A stretch of 15,014 nt of DNA from Candidatus Latescibacterota bacterium. Lineage in GTDB: Bacteria > Latescibacterota > UBA2968. The stretch lies in NCBI GenBank assembly GCA_038279365.1, contig JAYODI010000107.1, positions 1,534 to 16,547 of the forward strand, read 5' to 3'. The position numbers and the translations under genes were made by a program. Below the pieces are notes generated by a model. The model saw only the letters and a list, made by a program, of their open reading frames with translations. It made no database searches and was not told where the DNA came from. Shown here piece by piece: positions 1-7,967 of this stretch; position 1 is the stretch's first letter; the number at the start of each line of letters is the position of its first letter.

Positions 1-1115
1 TTGACAGCGAGGTCTTTTTCGACAAAGCCATTAAACCAAGGCAGGGTGAGTTCGACCAACGCAATGGCAAGACACATGGCCAGTAGCGACAATAAGATGG
101 ACTCGCTTAAAAATTGTCGGATGAGTTGAAAACGAAACGCGCCAACCACTTTGCGCATGCCCACTTCACGGGCTCGGTTGGCAGATCGTGCAGTGGATAA
201 GTTCATGAAGTTGATGCAGGCGATGAGGAGCACAAAAAAGGCGATGGCGGAAAATGCGTAAACGTAGATGATATCGCCATTGGGTTCTATTTCTGAAGAA
301 GCGTGAGAGTAGAGGTGAATGTCTTTTAGGGGCATGAGGTTGATTTTGGCATGATATTTTTCGACTGTTTCTTCACCCAAATGCTTTTTGGCAAATGTGA
401 GGAAAGGTGCTTCTAATGATTGTGGCGTCACATTTTCGGGTAATAAGACGTAGGTATAAACAGATCCTTCTCCCCAGTTTTCGAGCCGAAGTCGGTTAAA
501 TAGTTTGGGGGCAGCATTCATAGATCCAAAGAGATCGAATTGAAAATGCATGTTTTCGGGACGGTCTTGAAATACACCTGTTACTGTGAGCTCATGTTCA
601 TTGTCTAAGGTTAATACTTTACCGATGGGTTCTTCATTGCCAAAGTATTTGTGTGCAATTTTTTGTGTAATCACCACTGAGAAGGGTTCTAACAAAGCGG
701 TTTTGGCATCGCCTTTGATGAGTGGAAAGGTGAACACGTCAAAAACATTGGCTTCAGCCAAGAACGCACGGTTTTCGGTAAAGCGTTTTTCACCATATTG
801 CAAAACAGCGTTGGATTGGCTAAAGCGTACCGCTGTTAGGTTGGGCAGATCTGTTTTTAATGCTTCGGCTAAGAGATAGGGCCCCATCAGGCGTTGTCTG
901 AGTTCACCTGTTTGTGGGTTTTGGGTTTGTATGGCAATACGATAAATGCGGTTGGCATTTTGATGGTGTGTATCGTAACTCAATTCGTCTTGCACCAATA
1001 AGAGCATCAAAATGCAACATGTCATGCCAATGGCAAGGCCGAGGATGTTGATGAGAGAATAGCCTTTGTGGCGTCGTAAGTTTCGGATGGCAATGGTGAT
1101 ATAATTTTTGATCAT
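1..1115 (-). CDS. ABC transporter permease, MacB/FtsX family (5' part only; runs off the left edge)
   Basis: Absent from the ORF track because it is truncated. ATG at 1115 reads MIKNYITIAIRNLRRHKGYSLINILGLAIGMTCCILMLLLVQDELSYD, the typical N-terminus of large MacB-like permeases. Later it reads LLIACINFMNLSTARSANRAREVGMRKVVGA (FtsX domain motif). Starts 3 nt after the ABC ATPase stop. Confidence 0.93.
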   Translation of the reverse strand, partial: MIKNYITIAIRNLRRHKGYSLINILGLAIGMTCCILMLLLVQDELSYDTHHQNANRIYRIAIQTQNPQTGELRQRLMGPYLLAEALKTDLPNLTAVRFSQSNAVLQYGEKRFTENRAFLAEANVFDVFTFPLIKGDAKTALLEPFSVVITQKIAHKYFGNEEPIGKVLTLDNEHELTVTGVFQDRPENMHFQFDLFGSMNAAPKLFNRLRLENWGEGSVYTYVLLPENVTPQSLEAPFLTFAKKHLGEETVEKYHAKINLMPLKDIHLYSHASSEIEPNGDIIYVYAFSAIAFFVLLIACINFMNLSTARSANRAREVGMRKVVGAFRFQLIRQFLSESILLSLLAMCLAIALVELTLPWFNGFVEKDLAV

Positions 1116-1118
1116 GTG

Positions 1119-1814
1119 TTATTGTGCTTGTGAAGGTTGTTCTTTGATGTTTTCGGTGACCACGTGGCCATCGAAGAGATGGATGATGCGGTGTGCAAAG
1201 CTGGCATCGGTTGAAGAGTGTGTGACCATGACGATGGTGGTGCCGTTTTTGTTGAGTTCAACCAACAAGTCCATGACTTCGTTGCCGTGTGCCGAGTCGA
1301 GGTTACCGGTGGGTTCATCGGCTAAGATGATTTTGGGGTTTGAGATGACGGCGCGTGCAACGGCCACACGTTGTTGCTGACCACCTGAGAGTTGTTGGGG
1401 AAAATGTTTTTCACGGTGTTTGATGCCCATGTATTCCAAGGCTTCATCTACGCGTTGTTTGCGATCGGCACTGGGAATGCCGAGATACAAAAGTGGGAGT
1501 TCAACATTTTCTGCCACGGTGAGTTCGTCAATGAGATTGAAACTTTGGAACACGAAACCAATGTTTTGCTTGCGTGTGTTGGCGCGTTCGCGTTCGGTGT
1601 GTTTGGCGACTTCTTCGCCATTGATGTAATATTCGCCACTGCTTGGGTTGTCGAGCAAACCGAGAATGTTGAGCAAGGTGGATTTGCCACAGCCTGAAGG
1701 GCCCATGATGGCAACAAATTCGCCTTCGGTAATTTCAACATTGACGTTGTTGAGGGCGGTGGTTTCTACGTCTTCGGTGACGTAGACTTTTTGGAGGTTG
1801 ACGGTTTTGATCAT
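1119..1814 (-). CDS. ABC transporter ATP-binding protein (MacB/LolD-like)
   Basis: Walker A GPSGCGKS, Q-loop FVFQSFNL, signature LSGGQQQR, Walker B ILADEPTGNLD and H-loop VTH; AGGAG RBS upstream. Confidence 0.96.
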   Translation of the reverse strand: MIKTVNLQKVYVTEDVETTALNNVNVEITEGEFVAIMGPSGCGKSTLLNILGLLDNPSSGEYYINGEEVAKHTERERANTRKQNIGFVFQSFNLIDELTVAENVELPLLYLGIPSADRKQRVDEALEYMGIKHREKHFPQQLSGGQQQRVAVARAVISNPKIILADEPTGNLDSAHGNEVMDLLVELNKNGTTIVMVTHSSTDASFAHRIIHLFDGHVVTENIKEQPSQAQ

Positions 1815-1838
1815 TTAGAGGCTCCTTAAAAAGAGAGA

Positions 1839-1866
1839 CGGCAAACGGCAAATGGCAAATGGCAAA
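1839..1866 (+). repeat. Tandem heptamer repeat (YGGCAAA)x4
   Basis: CGGCAAA CGGCAAA TGGCAAA TGGCAAA read directly, 16 nt beyond the four-helix-bundle stop codon. Confidence 0.9.
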
Positions 1867-1882
1867 AGTAACAACAATTCGT

Positions 1883-2236
1883 TTACGTCTTTCGGATGAG
1901 GTTTGATAGTGCTGCGAATATATGATTGATTTGTTGTGCGATTTTAGAAATTTCAGGATCTGAGATGTAAGCAAGATTTTTTGCAATTTCAAGTTGTGTA
2001 TCCACTTCAACCAACGATGACCGTGCGATCTCGTAGAAACGCTTTCTTTCATTTACGGAACTTCTGGATGCACCTTCTGCAATATTTGAAGGTACCGAAA
2101 TAGCAGCTCTTCGAATTTGACTGGTTAATCCGTACATTTCAATTTGTGGAAATTGTTGGGTCATTTTGTAAATAGCGCTAACAAACTGAATACTCAGCTG
2201 CCAAGCTTGAAGGTTTTTGTGATTTAACTTGAGCAT
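1883..2236 (-). CDS. Four helix bundle protein (23S rRNA IVS protein-like family), 117 aa
   Basis: Motifs HKNLQAWQ, FPQIEMYGLTSQIRRAAISVPSNIAEGASR and ARSSLVEVDTQL are characteristic of the family. The start is placed at the ATG of MLKLNHK because the longer ORF start lies inside the repeats. Confidence 0.9.
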   Translation of the reverse strand: MLKLNHKNLQAWQLSIQFVSAIYKMTQQFPQIEMYGLTSQIRRAAISVPSNIAEGASRSSVNERKRFYEIARSSLVEVDTQLEIAKNLAYISDPEISKIAQQINHIFAALSNLIRKT

Positions 2237-2251
2237 TGATTGGTTGTGGAC

Positions 2252-2287
2252 TTTCCGCGTTTGCCGTTTCACATTTGCCGTTTCACT
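2252..2287 (+). repeat. Degenerate tandem heptamer repeat (TTTGCCG/TTTCACW), inverted relative to 1839-1866
   Basis: TTTCCGCG TTTGCCG TTTCACA TTTGCCG TTTCACT; TTTGCCG is the reverse complement of CGGCAAA. Overlaps the TGA stop of the adaptor gene. Confidence 0.8.
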
Positions 2288-3758
2288 GCTTCAAAATGAG
2301 TTTATCAATTTCTTCGTAATTTTCGTAAGAAGATGTGACAACGCGTTCGCCTGGCATGAGGCCTTCGAGCACTTCAAAATAGTCTGGGCTTTGGCGGCCA
2401 ATGCGCACGTCGCGTCGTGTGGCTTCTGTGCCCGATTCGTTGACGACAAAGACCCAGTTGCCACCTGTGGTTTGATAGAAGCCACCGCGAGCGAGCAATA
2501 AGGCTTCTGATGGGGCGTCGAGTTCGAGTTTGATTTGCATGGTTTGGCCACGTCGGATGTCTTTGGGTGGGTCGCCAACAAAGATCATGTCGACGTCAAA
2601 TTCACCGTCTTTGATTTCGGGGAAAACACGTCGAATGGTGAGGTTGTAGGTTTGACCTGCAAACTCGGTTGTGCCTTTGAGGCCAGGGACAATGCGTGCG
2701 ATGTAAAATTCATCGACGGGTACGGTGAGTTTGTATTCGTCGAGGACGTCTACTTGGCCAATATTGGTACCAGGGGTGATGGAGGCGCCAATATCGGCAC
2801 TGAGCTGAGAGAGTTGGCCTGTAATGGGTGCACGAATGGTTAAGTTTTCGAGCGGGCGACGCACATTATCCAATTGATATTGAATGCTGGCCGCACTTTT
2901 TTCTAAGGCTGTTAATCGGCTGATTTTGATGATGGAGTCTTGGCGCACAGTTTGGATCAAAAATTCTTTGAGTTTTTTGGCGTGTTCAAAGTTTTCTTGG
3001 GCGGTGAGGTATTTGTCTTTTGATTCCAAACCCCGTTCGTGAAGTTGTTTCACGCGGTTGTATTCACGTTGTTTTTGTTGAAGGTCTAATTCACCCTGCA
3101 TGAGTTGTTTCCGGTTTTGAATGGCTTGTGATTCTAAGTTGAGCCGGGTGTTTTCCATGTTGGTGATCTGATCAAAGAGGATTGCTTCCTGATTCATAAC
3201 GCGTTGCTCTGTGGCTGGATTAGACAGTTTTAGAAGGGGGGTGCCTTTTTCGACCATGGTGCCTTCTTCAAGATAGATTTCTTCTACTTGTCCACCTTCT
3301 AAAGCTGGGATATAGTGTGTTTGAAATGGCATGACCGTACCACGTCGCACGACAAATTCTTGGAAGGGACCACGGGTGACTTCGGAGATGGTGATGCGTT
3401 CTATTTGTACATTAAGCTTGGCACTGTGGTCGCCAAAAATGGCCATATAGATGACGGCTCCCACAAAGATTGTGGCAATGGCGATGCTGGCTACGCGTTT
3501 GAAGGTCCATTTGTTGACTTGGACTTTGCGGTCCATGCCGGTGCCGCTTTTTTCGGGTGTGGGCTGTTGCTGTTGGCCAGGTTTGTTTGCTGCACCGCTT
3601 AAAAAGCTGGGCACTTTTTTGGGGCCTGATGAACCTGATTGCAGGTTGACCACTTTGCCTTCTTTTTGTTTTGGGTTTTCTTCTGACACCATCATGTCCT
3701 TTGTCCTAATGGATGGGATATTTTTTTGAATGATAGGGATACTTTGGGTCATATCCAA
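2283..3758 (-). CDS. Efflux RND/ABC transporter periplasmic adaptor subunit (HlyD/MacA family)
   Basis: N-terminal TM helix (VASIAIATIFVGAVIYMAIF), lipoyl-like EGGQVEEIYLEEGTMVEKG, long coiled coil, IRAPITGQL, and C-terminal EVLEGLMPGERVV. Start uncertain (3758, 3752, 3695 or 3536). Confidence 0.92.
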   Translation of the reverse strand: MDMTQSIPIIQKNIPSIRTKDMMVSEENPKQKEGKVVNLQSGSSGPKKVPSFLSGAANKPGQQQQPTPEKSGTGMDRKVQVNKWTFKRVASIAIATIFVGAVIYMAIFGDHSAKLNVQIERITISEVTRGPFQEFVVRRGTVMPFQTHYIPALEGGQVEEIYLEEGTMVEKGTPLLKLSNPATEQRVMNQEAILFDQITNMENTRLNLESQAIQNRKQLMQGELDLQQKQREYNRVKQLHERGLESKDKYLTAQENFEHAKKLKEFLIQTVRQDSIIKISRLTALEKSAASIQYQLDNVRRPLENLTIRAPITGQLSQLSADIGASITPGTNIGQVDVLDEYKLTVPVDEFYIARIVPGLKGTTEFAGQTYNLTIRRVFPEIKDGEFDVDMIFVGDPPKDIRRGQTMQIKLELDAPSEALLLARGGFYQTTGGNWVFVVNESGTEATRRDVRIGRQSPDYFEVLEGLMPGERVVTSSYENYEEIDKLILKQ

Positions 3759-3770
3759 GGGTGAATCTGT

Positions 3771-4343
3771 TTATGTGCTTGTGTTCATTTGGGCGAGGGT
3801 CACTTTTTCAAGTTCGCTTTTGAGTTGGTGCTTGCCTCGGTGGAGCCATATTTTTACGGTGCCCAAAGGGACGTTGAGTTCTTGTACAATTTCTTGGTAA
3901 GAGAATTCTTTGATGTATCGCAACCAAACCGCACGCCGTTGGGGTTTGGGGAGGGCGCGAATGCTGTTTTGAACCCATTTTTTTTCTTCTTTGTGCAATG
4001 TGGTTTGTTCGGGTGTGGGGCATTGTTCGGGTACGTGTTGTTCGAGTTTGAGCTGTCCATTGCGCTGGGTGCGTAAACTGCGCAAGTGTGTGGTGCCCAC
4101 GTTGATGGCGATGCGTGTGAGCCAGGTGGTGAAGGCTGCATCACCACGAAAGCGTTGGATGCCCAAAAACGCTTTGACAAAAACGGTTTGTTGAAGGTCT
4201 TCCAAGTCATCGGTATCTTGAGCATAATGGGCCACGAGGGTGCGCACACGGGCTTGATGTTCTTTATAAAGGGTTGTAAAGGCATTTTTGTTTCCTGCTT
4301 GTGCTTGGTGTATGAGTATTTGGTCGTGCTGTAATTGAGACAT
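3771..4343 (-). CDS. RNA polymerase sigma-70 factor, ECF subfamily
   Basis: Region 2 (EDLQQTVFVKAF...FRGDAAFTTWLTRIAIN) and region 4 (LPKPQRRAVWLRYIKEFSYQEIVQELNVPLGTVKIWLHRGK); GAGG RBS. Confidence 0.93.
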   Translation of the reverse strand: MSQLQHDQILIHQAQAGNKNAFTTLYKEHQARVRTLVAHYAQDTDDLEDLQQTVFVKAFLGIQRFRGDAAFTTWLTRIAINVGTTHLRSLRTQRNGQLKLEQHVPEQCPTPEQTTLHKEEKKWVQNSIRALPKPQRRAVWLRYIKEFSYQEIVQELNVPLGTVKIWLHRGKHQLKSELEKVTLAQMNTST

Positions 4344-4398
4344 ATCAACCTCGCTGTGTGTTACAAAAATATGAAAAACAATAACACTTTAAATATAT

Positions 4399-4414
4399 AG
4401 CGAGTAGCGTGCCA
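4399..4414 (-). promoter_or_regulatory. Sigma-54 (-24/-12) promoter for the ECF sigma/efflux operon
   Basis: Minus strand reads TGGCACGCTACTCGCT, i.e. GG-N10-GC with a perfect TGGCACG -24 box, about 55 nt upstream of the ECF start and next to an NtrC-family gene. Confidence 0.8.
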
Positions 4415-4478
4415 AAAATTTAAAATTATGTTTTACATATAGTTAACGATTTTTTTGGCATTGGGATTGATTTTGGAA

Positions 4479-4517
4479 GTGTCCGATAATGATACAGGGG
4501 TGTCCGATAATGAACAC
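4479..4517. promoter_or_regulatory. Candidate enhancer (UAS) pair 1 for the NtrC-family activator
   Basis: GTGTCCGATAATGATACAG and GTGTCCGATAATGAACAC are imperfect palindromes (TGT-N10/11-ACA) starting 21 bp apart, 65-105 bp upstream of the minus-strand sigma-54 motif. Confidence 0.7.
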
Positions 4518-4608
4518 TGGGTCATTTTTTTGTTTACGAGAACATCAATTTATTTTGTTTGAGGAAAGAATTGAAGTTATTGGGTTGATTTTGAGTTGGG
4601 TTGCCTTC

Positions 4609-4774
4609 GGCGACCTACTTTTGTAACGACACAAAAGTAGGCAAAAAGTCGCCCCTCAAGTGCCGGGGAGGCTGATTTTCCGCAAATCTCTTTAGAGGGT
4701 GCTCACAGGAAAATAGCCTACGAGATTTGGAGGCGTTTTTGAGTGTGTCGGTGGATGGACAGTGCGGAAAATCA
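4609..4774. repeat. Structured palindromic element (MITE-like repeat or ncRNA candidate)
   Basis: Nested stems: GGCGAC/GTCGCC (4609-4614, 4648-4653), CTACTTTTGT/ACAAAAGTAG (4615-4624, 4631-4640), a perfect 12-bp TGATTTTCCGCA/TGCGGAAAATCA (4673-4684, 4763-4774) and CAAATCTC/GAGATTTG (4683-4690, 4722-4729). Confidence 0.6.
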
Positions 4775-4885
4775 TGATTGTTTTACGTGAGGGTTGTGTG
4801 GTTTTTTCAGCATTCTTAATATCCTAAATAAATAGGTAATGAGACAGTGTGCCTGAAAGGTTTTAGTCCGCAGGACTTTTCCATT

Positions 4886-4908
4886 GTAGTGCAGGAATTC
4901 ATTCCTGC
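4886..4908 (+). repeat. GTAG-type REP-like palindrome
   Basis: GTAG-T-GCAGGAAT-TC-ATTCCTGC, preceded by a small hairpin AGTCC-GCA-GGACT (4865-4877). Confidence 0.6.
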
Positions 4909-5023
4909 GCGATGGTGATGTGGGTACCGAAGTAATTTTTCAATCTCCATCATTTTGGCACGGTCGATTGGATAATGATTAAGGTCATTTTTTAACCCCC
5001 ATCATTTTGAATGACTTTTGAAA

Positions 5024-5062
5024 GTGTCCGATAATGATACAGGGGTGTTCGTTTTCGGACAC
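5024..5062. promoter_or_regulatory. Candidate enhancer (UAS) pair 2 for the NtrC-family activator
   Basis: GTGTCCGATAATGATACAG and GTGTTCGTTTTCGGACAC, with the same 21-bp phasing as pair 1. 5016-5048 matches 4471-4503 at 32 of 33 positions. Confidence 0.7.
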
Positions 5063-5160
5063 TTTCAATTTGGGGTGAGAGTGCGATTCGCGTTCTGCTT
5101 GACTTTTTAACATATTGTAACAAATATGGTTGGCGTAAAAATGGCCTTGTTGTGTGCAGT

Positions 5161-5176
5161 TGGCATATATTATGCG
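5161..5176 (+). promoter_or_regulatory. Candidate sigma-54 (-24/-12) promoter for the two-component operon
   Basis: TGGCATATATTATGCG is GG-N10-GC, about 100 bp downstream of UAS pair 2 and 60 nt upstream of the regulator ATG. Confidence 0.6.
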
Positions 5177-5236
5177 TTCTTGGGGTTGGGTAAAAGTCGT
5201 TTAGATAAAAGGATACGCAGGTGTTTGGAGAGGTTT

Positions 5237-6613
5237 ATGAAAGCATTTGATAAAATTTTGGTTGTTGATGATGACCAAGACGTGTTGTTGGCGGCGCGTT
5301 TGTTTTTGAAGCCACACGCCGAGCAGATTGTGACCGAGCCTGACCCCAATTTGATTCCGACGTTGTTGCAAGATGATACGTATGATGTCATTTTGTTGGA
5401 TATGAATTTTGCACAGGATGCCACCAGTGGCAAGGAGGGGTTTCATTGGCTCAAGCGTATTTTGGAAATTGACCCATCGGCGGTGGTGATTTTGATTACG
5501 GCTTATGGTGGGGTCGAAACGGCGGTGCAGGCGATTAAAGAAGGGGCTGTGGATTTTGTGCTCAAGCCGTGGCAAAATGAAAAGTTGTTGGCCACGTTGT
5601 CGGCGGCGTCTAAGTTGCACAAGTCACAGTTGGAGGTGGGGCAGCTTCGGGCTCAACAGGCTCAGTTGCGTGCCGACTTAGATCGGCAGTTTCCCGATAT
5701 GGTGGGGCGTTCTGCGGCCATTATGCAGGTGTTTGAGACGATTCAGAAGGTGGGGCAAACCGATGCCAATGTGTTGATTTTGGGTGAAAATGGTACGGGC
5801 AAAGATGCGGTGGCGCGTGCCTTACACAAACAATCACCGCGTGCCGATCAGGCATTTATTCGGGTGGATTTGGGTGCGGTGAGTGAGAGTTTGTTTGAGA
5901 GTGAGCTGTTTGGGCACAAAAAAGGTGCTTTTACTGATGCCAAAGAAGATCGGGCTGGGCGATTTGAGATTGCATCGGGAGGCACTTTGTTTTTGGATGA
6001 AATTGGCAATTTGTCTTTGCCGCTTCAGGCCAAATTATTAACGGTGCTCGAAACGCGCACCGTGACCCGTTTGGGCACCAATAAGGCCATTCCCATTGAT
6101 GTGCGTTTGGTGTGTGCCACCAATATGCCGTTGCACGAGATGGTTGGGCGCAATGAGTTTCGGCAAGATTTGTTGTATCGAGTGAATACGGTAGAGTTGC
6201 AATTGCCTGCTTTGCGCGAGCGATTGGACGATGTGCCACTGTTGGTGGAGAGCTTTTTGGAGACGTATGGCAAAAAGTATCACAAGCCACATATCAAGAT
6301 CCAATCGGGTGGGGTGGCGCGTTTGCAAGCGTATCATTGGCCCGGAAATATTCGAGAGTTGCAACACGCCATTGAACGCGCAGTGATTATGAATGAAAGT
6401 GGTGTTTTAAAAGCCGAAGATTTTTTGCTTACGCCCTCTGAGGTTCCCGTGGGTGGTGATGTGCATTTTGAAGATTTTAATTTGGAGCGGGTTGAAAAAA
6501 CAGTGATTCGCAAAGCCATTGACAAGTATCATGGCAACATCAGCCAAGCGGCCAAAGAATTGGGGTTGACCCGCAGCGCGCTTTATCGACGGTTGGAAAA
6601 ATATGGTTTATAG
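5237..6613 (+). CDS. Sigma-54-dependent response regulator, NtrC family (REC-AAA+-Fis HTH)
   Basis: REC domain (ILVVDDD, LLDMNF, KPW), [46 protein letters not shown], and [25 protein letters not shown]. Start at 5237 follows a GGAGAGG RBS; the ORF-track start at 5126 looks over-extended. Confidence 0.96.
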   Translation: MKAFDKILVVDDDQDVLLAARLFLKPHAEQIVTEPDPNLIPTLLQDDTYDVILLDMNFAQDATSGKEGFHWLKRILEIDPSAVVILITAYGGVETAVQAIKEGAVDFVLKPWQNEKLLATLSAASKLHKSQLEVGQLRAQQAQLRADLDRQFPDMVGRSAAIMQVFETIQKVGQTDANVLILGENGTGKDAVARALHKQSPRADQAFIRVDLGAVSESLFESELFGHKKGAFTDAKEDRAGRFEIASGGTLFLDEIGNLSLPLQAKLLTVLETRTVTRLGTNKAIPIDVRLVCATNMPLHEMVGRNEFRQDLLYRVNTVELQLPALRERLDDVPLLVESFLETYGKKYHKPHIKIQSGGVARLQAYHWPGNIRELQHAIERAVIMNESGVLKAEDFLLTPSEVPVGGDVHFEDFNLERVEKTVIRKAIDKYHGNISQAAKELGLTRSALYRRLEKYGL

Positions 6614-7946
6614 ACATTTTCGTTTGGTTTGCATTTTGCGCGTGATGTTGCTTAGTGCAACGGCGTATTTGTTTTTTTATTTGATCTTTCAAACAACCTA
6701 TTATGCCACGTTGGTCATTGTGGGCGCGTGGACCATCTATCAGGTGGGTGCATTGATTCATTATGTGGAGCGCACCAATCGCGATTTGACGCGTTTTTTA
6801 CAAGCGATTCGGTACGAAGATTTTTCTCAGTCGTTTAATTTGGGCACGGGGTTGGGGTCGGCATATACCGATTTAAAAGAAGCGTTTAATGATGTGCTCG
6901 ATGCGTTTCGAAAAACGCGGGCCGACAAAGAAGAACATTTTCAATATTTGCACACGGTGGTGCAACACATTGGCATTGGGTTGGTGTGTTTTGCGCCCAA
7001 TGGTCGGGTTGAATTGATCAACACGGCGGCACTGCGTTTGTTACGCAGACCCCATGTGCGAGATATTCGCGAGTTGGAAGCGTTTAGTAAACCGTTGGTA
7101 GATACGTTGTTAAAATTGCGTTCGGGCGAAAAGTCTTTGGTTAAAGTAGAAGACGATGATGAGTTGCTCCAACTGGTGGTGTATGCGACTGAATTGCGTA
7201 TGCGCGGCGAAACGTTTACATTGGCGTCGGTGCAGAATATTCAAAGTGAGTTGGAAGAGCAGGAGATGGAAGCGTGGCAAAAGTTGATTCGGGTGCTGAC
7301 GCATGATATCATGAATTCGATTACACCCATTTCTTCTTTGGCATCTACGGTGCGGGGGTTGGTGCCTCAAAAAGAAAATGGCACATTTGATGCAGAAGTG
7401 TTGGATGATGTACATATGGCCCTTGAAACCATTCAATCGCGCAGTCAAGGGTTGTTGCATTTTGTAGATACCTATCGCGAACTGACACGCATTCCCAAAC
7501 CCAATTTTCAAATATTTGCTGTGGCAGAATTGTTTACCCATATTCGCCAGTTGATGCGATCGGATTTGGAAGAAAAAAATATTGCGTTTCACACAGATAT
7601 TGTGCCAGAAACATTGGAGTTAACGGCTGACCCCGATTTGGTGGATCAGGTGTTGATCAATTTGTTGCGCAATGCGATGCAAGCCTTAGTGGGTCGTGAG
7701 GACGCGCGAATTGCTTTGACGGCGCATTTGGATCGCAGGGGGCGCGTGGTGATTCAAGTGCGTGACAATGGGCCAGGTATTTTGGCCGATGTACAAGAGC
7801 GCATATTCATCCCGTTCTTTACGACTAAGCGCGATGGCTCGGGTATTGGTTTGTCTTTGTCTCGGCAAATTATGCGGGTACACCGTGGAACGATTAGTGT
7901 GCAGTCGAGGCTGAATGAAGAAACAGTGTTTACATTGCGGTTTTAA
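6603..7946 (+). CDS. Sensor histidine kinase (two TM helices, PAS-like domain; NtrY-like)
   Basis: H-box LTHDIMNSITPI, N-box QVLINLLRNA, G1 DNGPG, F-box IFIPFFTTK and G2 GSGIGLSLS; overlaps the regulator by 11 nt. Confidence 0.95.
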   Translation: MVYRHFRLVCILRVMLLSATAYLFFYLIFQTTYYATLVIVGAWTIYQVGALIHYVERTNRDLTRFLQAIRYEDFSQSFNLGTGLGSAYTDLKEAFNDVLDAFRKTRADKEEHFQYLHTVVQHIGIGLVCFAPNGRVELINTAALRLLRRPHVRDIRELEAFSKPLVDTLLKLRSGEKSLVKVEDDDELLQLVVYATELRMRGETFTLASVQNIQSELEEQEMEAWQKLIRVLTHDIMNSITPISSLASTVRGLVPQKENGTFDAEVLDDVHMALETIQSRSQGLLHFVDTYRELTRIPKPNFQIFAVAELFTHIRQLMRSDLEEKNIAFHTDIVPETLELTADPDLVDQVLINLLRNAMQALVGREDARIALTAHLDRRGRVVIQVRDNGPGILADVQERIFIPFFTTKRDGSGIGLSLSRQIMRVHRGTISVQSRLNEETVFTLRF

Positions 7947-7967
7947 TAGGAAGGAAAGTGATTGATT

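Noticed and set aside
1883-2236. Diversity-generating retroelement or 23S rRNA intervening sequence
   Set aside because: No reverse transcriptase, TR/VR pair or rRNA sequence in the window.
4956-4971. TGGCACGGTCGATTGG on the + strand as a third sigma-54 promoter
   Set aside because: The -24 box is perfect, but there is no GC at the required GG-N10-GC position (TG instead).
4471-5062. CRISPR array or IS ends suggested by the repeated 33-mer
   Set aside because: Only two blocks, 545 bp apart, with no regular spacers, cas genes or transposase; enhancer sites fit better.
5126-5236. Extended N-termini given by the ORF track for the regulator (also coaD, HxlR, membrane protein and hydrolase)
   Set aside because: Downstream starts have clear RBSs and match family N-termini; the regulator extension also overlaps the predicted promoter.
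5923-5940. GAFTDA instead of GAFTGA as a sign of sigma-54 independence
   Set aside because: GAFTDA is a common natural variant that retains the key F and T residues, and sigma-54 motifs are present nearby.
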